Source: Casimicrobiaceae bacterium (GTDB lineage: Bacteria; Pseudomonadota; Gammaproteobacteria; Burkholderiales; Casimicrobiaceae). Taken from it: a stretch of DNA of 35,833 nt. The translations under genes were made by a program, and so were the position numbers. Each line of letters starts with the position of its first letter. Position 1 is the first letter of the stretch. Below are positions 30,732 to 35,833 of this stretch, one piece after another. The DNA lies in the NCBI GenBank assembly GCA_035934825.1, contig DASYXO010000370.1, forward strand, positions 1-35,833, in the 5' to 3' direction. Under the pieces are notes generated by a model. The model had not been told where the DNA came from, searched no databases, and saw nothing but the letters and a program-made list of their open reading frames with translations.

Positions 30732-33572
30732 TCAGCGCGCGAGGAGCATCTCGCCGGAATTGAGCTCGTCGGCGAACGCGTCCTCGATGAGCTGCCTCTG
30801 CTCGGCGTTGTGCCTGGCCGCATAGCCGACGGCGGTCGATGCGGACACCGGCCGGCCGGCGTAGGCAAGAATCTTGGTGCTATCGATATCCGCGCGCATG
30901 TAGGCGCAGAGCCGGTACCACGCGCCCTGGTTCTGCGGCTCTTCCTGGCACCAGACGACTTCCTTGGCCGCCGCGTACTTCGCGACCTCGCGCCGGTAGG
31001 CGTCGTGGGGGAACGGGTACTGCTGCTCGAGGCGCAAAATCGCGACGGTGTCGATCCTGCGTTCCCGCCGGTGGGCGAGGAGCTCGTAGTAGACCTTACC
31101 CGAGCAGACGATGACGCGCTTCACCTTCTTCGGGTCGATTCGCTCGATCTCGCCGATGACGTTCCGGAAGCTGCCTGTGGCCAACTCGTCGAGGGTCGAC
31201 GCCGCTTCCTTGTGTCGCAAAAGGCTCTTGGGAGTCATCACGATCAGCGGCTTGCGGAAGTTGCGGATCATCTGCCGCCGCAGAAGATGGAACACCTGCG
31301 CAGGCGTCGTCGGCACGACGACCTGCATGTTGTGCTGCGCGCACAGCTGCAGGTAGCGCTCGGGGCGCGCCGACGAATGCTCGGGACCCTGGCCCTCGTA
31401 ACCGTGCGGCAGGAACAGCACCAGATCGCAGATCCGGCCCCACTTCACTTCGCCGGCGCTGATGAACTGGTCGATCACGACCTGTGCGCCGTTGGCGAAA
31501 TCGCCAAACTGGGCTTCCCAGATCACGAGCTGCGACGGCTCCGATGTCGTGTAGCCGTACTCGAAGCCCAGCACCGCGCTCTCGGTCAGCACCGAGTCTA
31601 TGACCTCGAAATCGGGCTGGCCGTCCTTGATGTGCTGCAACGGGACCCAGGTGCCCGAGTCCCATTTCTCGCGGTTCTGGTCGTGCAGCACCGCGTGCCG
31701 GTGCGAGAACGTTCCCCGGCCGACATCTTCGCCGGAAATGCGCACCCCGTAGTTCTGGTCGACGAGGGACGCATAAGCGAGGATCTCGCCCATGCCCCAA
31801 TCGACCGGCTGCTTGCCATCGACCATCGCGCGCCGGTCGACCATCAACTTCTCGACCCGGGGATGGAGCTTGAAATCCCCGGGGACGGCCGTCGCCTTCG
31901 CGCCCAGCTCCTTCAGGTGGGCGAGCGGAACCGAGGTGTCGGCAGCGTCGGTCCAGTGCCGACCCTTGAACGGCGTCCAGTCGACGATGAACGGCGGCTT
32001 GTAGTTCGATAGGACAGTCGTGTTGGTGTGATACCCCTTGTCCATCGCCGCGCGGTAGGTCGAGATCATCGCGTCGGCTTCCTCGGCGGTCACCACGCCG
32101 GCGGCGATCATCCGGTCGGCGTAGAGCTTGCGTGTGCCGGGGTGCTGGTTGATCTTCTTGTACATCAGCGGCTGGGTGATCATCGGCTCGTCGGCCTCGT
32201 TGTGGCCGAGGCGGCGGAAGCAGACCAGGTCGATGAAGACGTCCTTGTGGTGACTCTGGCGGTAATCGAGCGCGATCTCGGTCGCGAGCAGGCAGGCCTC
32301 GGGATCGTCCCCGTTCACGTGCAGAATCGGTGCCTCGATCATCTTGCCGACGTCGGTGCAGTAAAGCGTGCCGCGCGTGTCCCGCGGGTCCGACGTCGTG
32401 AAGCCGATCTGGTTGTTGATGACGATGTGCACGGTGCCGCCGGTGTAGTAGCCCCGCGTCTGCGCCATGTTCAGGCATTCCTGGACGATGCCCTGCCCCG
32501 CGATCGCCGCGTCGCCGTGGATCAGCACCGGCAGCACCTGGTCGCCGCGGACGTCCTTGCGCCGGTGCTGGCGCGCGCGCACGCTTCCCTCGACCACCGG
32601 GTTGACGATCTCGAGGTGCGACGGATTGAACGCGAGGGTCACGTGCACCGGCCCGCCCGGCGTCGACACGTCGGACGAGAACCCCTGGTGGTACTTGACA
32701 TCGCCTGCGGGCAGCACCTGTGCGCCCTTGCCCTCGAATTCCGAGAACAGCTCGGACGGCATCTTGCCCAGCGTGTTGACCAGCACGTTGAGCCGACCGC
32801 GGTGCGCCATTCCCAGCACGATCTCCTGGACGCCGGCGGCACCCGCGCGCTGGATCAGGAGGTCGAGCATCGGGATCATCGAATCGCCGCCTTCGCCGGA
32901 GAAGCGTTTCTGGCCGACGTACTTGGTGTGCAGGTAGCGCTCGAGCGTCTCGGCTGCCGTCAGGCGCTCGAGGATGTGCCTGCGCTGCTCGACGCTGTAT
33001 GCAGGCTGGGACCGGATCGGCTCCAGGCGTTCCTGGATGAAGCGCTTGACCGGGGTGTCCGAGATGTACATGTACTCGGCGCCCAGCGTACGGGTGTAGG
33101 TCTGTCTCAGCGCTTCGACGATGTCGCGCAGGCGCATCCGCGCCGGGCCTGCCTTGAACGAGCCGACGTCGAACTCGGTGTCCATGTCGGCTTCGGTGAA
33201 GCCGTAGGTGCGCAGGTCCAGGTCGGCGATGTACGGCGGCTCCTGGCGCTTCAGCGGGTCGAGGCTCGCGTGCAGCATGCCGAGGGTGCGGAACTTGCCT
33301 ATCATCTGCAGGACGAGCACCTGCTTGTGCATCGTCGCCGCATCGACCATCGCCCCGGCGACCCTGCGGTTCTTCGCGAGCTCGCGGAAGGACTCGACGA
33401 CCGGGGCGTGCGGAACGTCCGCCGCGTCGCCCTTCAGTTCGTCGAAGTAGTCGCGCCACTCGGGGGGAACGCGGCCCGGGTCGGCGAGGTAGCTCTCGTA
33501 GAGCTCCTCGAGGAACGGTGCGTTGCCGCCGAACAGCGTGCTGGTGGATTCCAGTTCCTTCATCGTCCCCAT
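30732..33572 (-). CDS. sucA: 2-oxoglutarate dehydrogenase E1
   Basis: [59 protein letters not shown] (TPP), [26 protein letters not shown]. Start ATG 33572 or 33563. Confidence 0.98.
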   Translation of the reverse strand: MGTMKELESTSTLFGGNAPFLEELYESYLADPGRVPPEWRDYFDELKGDAADVPHAPVVESFRELAKNRRVAGAMVDAATMHKQVLVLQMIGKFRTLGMLHASLDPLKRQEPPYIADLDLRTYGFTEADMDTEFDVGSFKAGPARMRLRDIVEALRQTYTRTLGAEYMYISDTPVKRFIQERLEPIRSQPAYSVEQRRHILERLTAAETLERYLHTKYVGQKRFSGEGGDSMIPMLDLLIQRAGAAGVQEIVLGMAHRGRLNVLVNTLGKMPSELFSEFEGKGAQVLPAGDVKYHQGFSSDVSTPGGPVHVTLAFNPSHLEIVNPVVEGSVRARQHRRKDVRGDQVLPVLIHGDAAIAGQGIVQECLNMAQTRGYYTGGTVHIVINNQIGFTTSDPRDTRGTLYCTDVGKMIEAPILHVNGDDPEACLLATEIALDYRQSHHKDVFIDLVCFRRLGHNEADEPMITQPLMYKKINQHPGTRKLYADRMIAAGVVTAEEADAMISTYRAAMDKGYHTNTTVLSNYKPPFIVDWTPFKGRHWTDAADTSVPLAHLKELGAKATAVPGDFKLHPRVEKLMVDRRAMVDGKQPVDWGMGEILAYASLVDQNYGVRISGEDVGRGTFSHRHAVLHDQNREKWDSGTWVPLQHIKDGQPDFEVIDSVLTESAVLGFEYGYTTSEPSQLVIWEAQFGDFANGAQVVIDQFISAGEVKWGRICDLVLFLPHGYEGQGPEHSSARPERYLQLCAQHNMQVVVPTTPAQVFHLLRRQMIRNFRKPLIVMTPKSLLRHKEAASTLDELATGSFRNVIGEIERIDPKKVKRVIVCSGKVYYELLAHRRERRIDTVAILRLEQQYPFPHDAYRREVAKYAAAKEVVWCQEEPQNQGAWYRLCAYMRADIDSTKILAYAGRPVSASTAVGYAARHNAEQRQLIEDAFADELNSGEMLLAR

Positions 33573-33654
33573 TGCCTGCACCTCGTCGCTTCGGCTCGTT
33601 GCCAACCCGGGAGTGCGCCGGCCGCCGCAGCGATCGGCGGCCGCCCACCACGCA

Positions 33655-34959
33655 TCAGCGCCCGGCGATCGGCTTGACGCTGCGCCGCGTCGCTCCGGTG
33701 AAGAGCTGCCGCGGGCGCCCGATCTTGTATTCCGGGTCGGTGATCATCTCGTTCAATTGCGCGATCCAGCCCACGGTGCGCGCCAGCGCGAAGATCGCGG
33801 TGAACAGCGAGACCGGAATCCCGATCGCCTTCTGCACGATGCCGGAGTAGAAGTCGACGTTCGGATACAGCTTGCGCTGGACGAAATAATCGTCTTCTAG
33901 TGCGATCTTCTCGAGCGCCATCGCGAGCTTGAACAGCGGATCGTCGTGCAAACCGAGCGCCTCGAGGACCTCGTAGCAGGTCTCGCGCATCAGCTTGGCG
34001 CGCGGGTCGTAGTTCTTGTAGACGCGGTGCCCGAAACCCATCAGGCGCACCGTCGAGCTCTTGTCCTTGACCTTGGCGATGAACTCGCCCACCGTGGCGA
34101 GGCCACCCTGCGCCTGGATCTCGTAGAGCATGTTGAGCGCGGCCTCGTTCGCCCCGCCGTGCGCCGGTCCCCACAGGCAGGCCACGCCCGCGGCGATCGC
34201 CGCGAACGGGTTCGTCCCCGACGACGCGCACAGGCGCACCGTCGACGTCGACGCGTTCTGCTCGTGGTCGGCGTGCAGGATGAAGATGCGGTCGAGCGCG
34301 CGAACCAGCACGTCGTCGACCCTGTAGTCCTCGCAGGGCGTGGCGAACATCATCCGCATGAAGTTCGCGGCATAGGAGAGCTCGTTGCGCGGATACATGT
34401 AGGGCTGGCCGACCGAGTACTTGTATGCCATCGCGACCAGCGTCGGCATCTTGGCGATGAGCCTGATCGCGGAGATGTCGCGCTGGTGCGGGTCGTGCAG
34501 GTTGATCGAGTCGGGATAGAACGCGCTCATCGCGCCGACGAGGCCGGTCAGGGCCGCCATCGGGTGCACGTCGCGCCGGAATCCGCGCATGAAGAACTGC
34601 ATCTGCTCGTTGACCATCGTGTGCTTGATCACACGCCCGGCGAAATCCTCCTTCTGCGCTGCGTCGGGGAGCTCACCGTAGAGCAGCAGGTGGCAGACCT
34701 CGAGGAAGTCGCAGCTGACTGCGAGCTCCTCGATCGGATATCCCCGATAGAGCAGCTCGCCCTTGTCCCCGTCGATGTAGGTGATCGCCGAGCTGCAGGC
34801 CGCCGTCGACATGAATCCAGGGTCGTAGGTGAACTTGCCGGTCCTCGAATACAGCGAACGGATGTCGATCACGTCGGGGCCGATCGTCCCGGGAAGCACC
34901 GGAAACGTGGCGGACGGCGAACCGTCGGAAAAACTCAGGGTGGCTGTGCGATCGGTCAT
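33655..34959 (-). CDS. gltA: Type II citrate synthase
   Basis: [63 protein letters not shown]. Confidence 0.98.
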   Translation of the reverse strand: MTDRTATLSFSDGSPSATFPVLPGTIGPDVIDIRSLYSRTGKFTYDPGFMSTAACSSAITYIDGDKGELLYRGYPIEELAVSCDFLEVCHLLLYGELPDAAQKEDFAGRVIKHTMVNEQMQFFMRGFRRDVHPMAALTGLVGAMSAFYPDSINLHDPHQRDISAIRLIAKMPTLVAMAYKYSVGQPYMYPRNELSYAANFMRMMFATPCEDYRVDDVLVRALDRIFILHADHEQNASTSTVRLCASSGTNPFAAIAAGVACLWGPAHGGANEAALNMLYEIQAQGGLATVGEFIAKVKDKSSTVRLMGFGHRVYKNYDPRAKLMRETCYEVLEALGLHDDPLFKLAMALEKIALEDDYFVQRKLYPNVDFYSGIVQKAIGIPVSLFTAIFALARTVGWIAQLNEMITDPEYKIGRPRQLFTGATRRSVKPIAGR

Positions 34960-35035
34960 CGTGCGTCCTTCGGTTGCAGATTGCGGCCAGGTGCGACACC
35001 CGGGGCGGTCCTCCCGCGGCGCTCTGCCGGCGCCC

Positions 35036-35281
35036 TCAGGTCGATCGCAGGCGATCGACCAGCGGGCGGGCCCGCGGGTCGGCCGGCTCGGTGCGTCCTG
35101 CGATCAGGTCCCATAGCGCATTGTCGGACAGGTCGAGCAGGGCATCGAATTGCGCGAAGTCGTCGTCGGTGAGCCGCGCTCCCTCGGCGTCGAGGAAGCG
35201 CGCAAGTATCAGGTCGTTCTCCAGCATCCCGCGCCGGCAGCGCCAGCGCAGGCGCTCGTATCGCCTCGTGTCCCCGGTCAC
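35036..35281 (-). CDS. sdhE: Succinate dehydrogenase flavin assembly factor
   Basis: [15 protein letters not shown] (RGxxE motif) and [13 protein letters not shown]. Lies between sdhB and gltA. Confidence 0.93.
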   Translation of the reverse strand: MTGDTRRYERLRWRCRRGMLENDLILARFLDAEGARLTDDDFAQFDALLDLSDNALWDLIAGRTEPADPRARPLVDRLRST

Positions 35282-35299
35282 GCCTGGCGCACCCCGCGC

Positions 35300-35833
35300 T
35301 CACACCGCCCGCTTGACGAGCATCGTCTTGATGTTCCCGATCGCTCGCGTCGGATTGAGGCCCTTCGGGCAGACATCGACGCAATTCATGATCGAATGGC
35401 AGCGGAACAGCCGGTACGGATCCTCGAGATTGTCGAGCCTGTCGTTCAGGTCGCGATCGCGGCTGTCGGCGATGAAACGATAGGCGTTGAGCAGCCCTGC
35501 CGGCCCGACGAACTTGTCAGGATTCCACCAGAACGACGGGCAGGCAGTCGAGCAGCAGGCGCACAGGATGCACTCGTAGAGTCCGTCGAGGCGCTCGCGC
35601 TCCTCGGGCGACTGCAATCGCTCGCGCTCGGGCGGCGGCTCGTCGTTGACCAGGTAGGGCTTGATCGAGTGGTACTGCTTGAAGAACTGGCTCATGTCGA
35701 CGATCAGGTCGCGCACCACCGGCAACCCGGGCAGGGGCCGCAGCTCGACCGGCTCCTCGAGCGTCTTGAGGTTGGTGATGCAGGCGAGCCCGTTCCTGCC
35801 GTTGATGTTCATCGCATCGGACCCGCAGACCCC
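35300..35833 (-). CDS. sdhB: Succinate dehydrogenase iron-sulfur subunit (5' end outside the window)
   Basis: Frame is open to the window edge ([15 protein letters not shown]). Fe-S motifs [12 protein letters not shown] and [12 protein letters not shown]. Confidence 0.97.
   Translation of the reverse strand, partial: GVCGSDAMNINGRNGLACITNLKTLEEPVELRPLPGLPVVRDLIVDMSQFFKQYHSIKPYLVNDEPPPERERLQSPEERERLDGLYECILCACCSTACPSFWWNPDKFVGPAGLLNAYRFIADSRDRDLNDRLDNLEDPYRLFRCHSIMNCVDVCPKGLNPTRAIGNIKTMLVKRAV

Noticed and set aside
31096-33677. 851-aa and 549-aa ORFs overlapping sucA
   Set aside because: Off-frame or antisense to a complete sucA, with low-complexity translations.

Overview
Very GC-rich chromosomal segment, probably from a betaproteobacterium (inferred from gene order and protein types). 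Most of it is housekeeping DNA on the minus strand: 'sdhB-sdhE-gltA-sucA-sucB-lpdA-zapE-acuI-prpE, a class 3 asparaginase, then rpoE-rseA-rseB-degP/mucD-glutaredoxin-lepA-lepB-DUF4845-rnc-era-recO-pdxJ-nagZ. The accessory part (2.5-10.7 kb) is a 2-aminoethylphosphonate catabolic cluster of the PhnW-PhnY-PhnA type. phnW is divergent from phnR(GntR)-phnA-phnY-Na/Pi cotransporter-EamA permease, and an IclR-like regulator follows. The left end holds a partial EamA gene, a peptidase-C26 amidotransferase and folD. I see no rRNA, tRNA, CRISPR array, transposase or prophage. The most notable signals are: (1) two interdigitated divergent sigma70 promoters with one palindromic operator between phnW and phnR; (2) a phosphonate cluster with no ABC importer but two other membrane proteins; (3) a 96-bp palindromic MITE/REP-like element with perfect 25-bp arms between sucA and sucB; (4) no acpS between pdxJ and nagZ, with a 14-bp tandem repeat at that junction; (5) a 5x heptamer repeat before the prpE RBS. 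No clearly novel multi-gene system is evident. The best candidate for new biology is the transport and regulation logic of the phosphonate cluster. All calls come from reading motifs by eye, without database searches.
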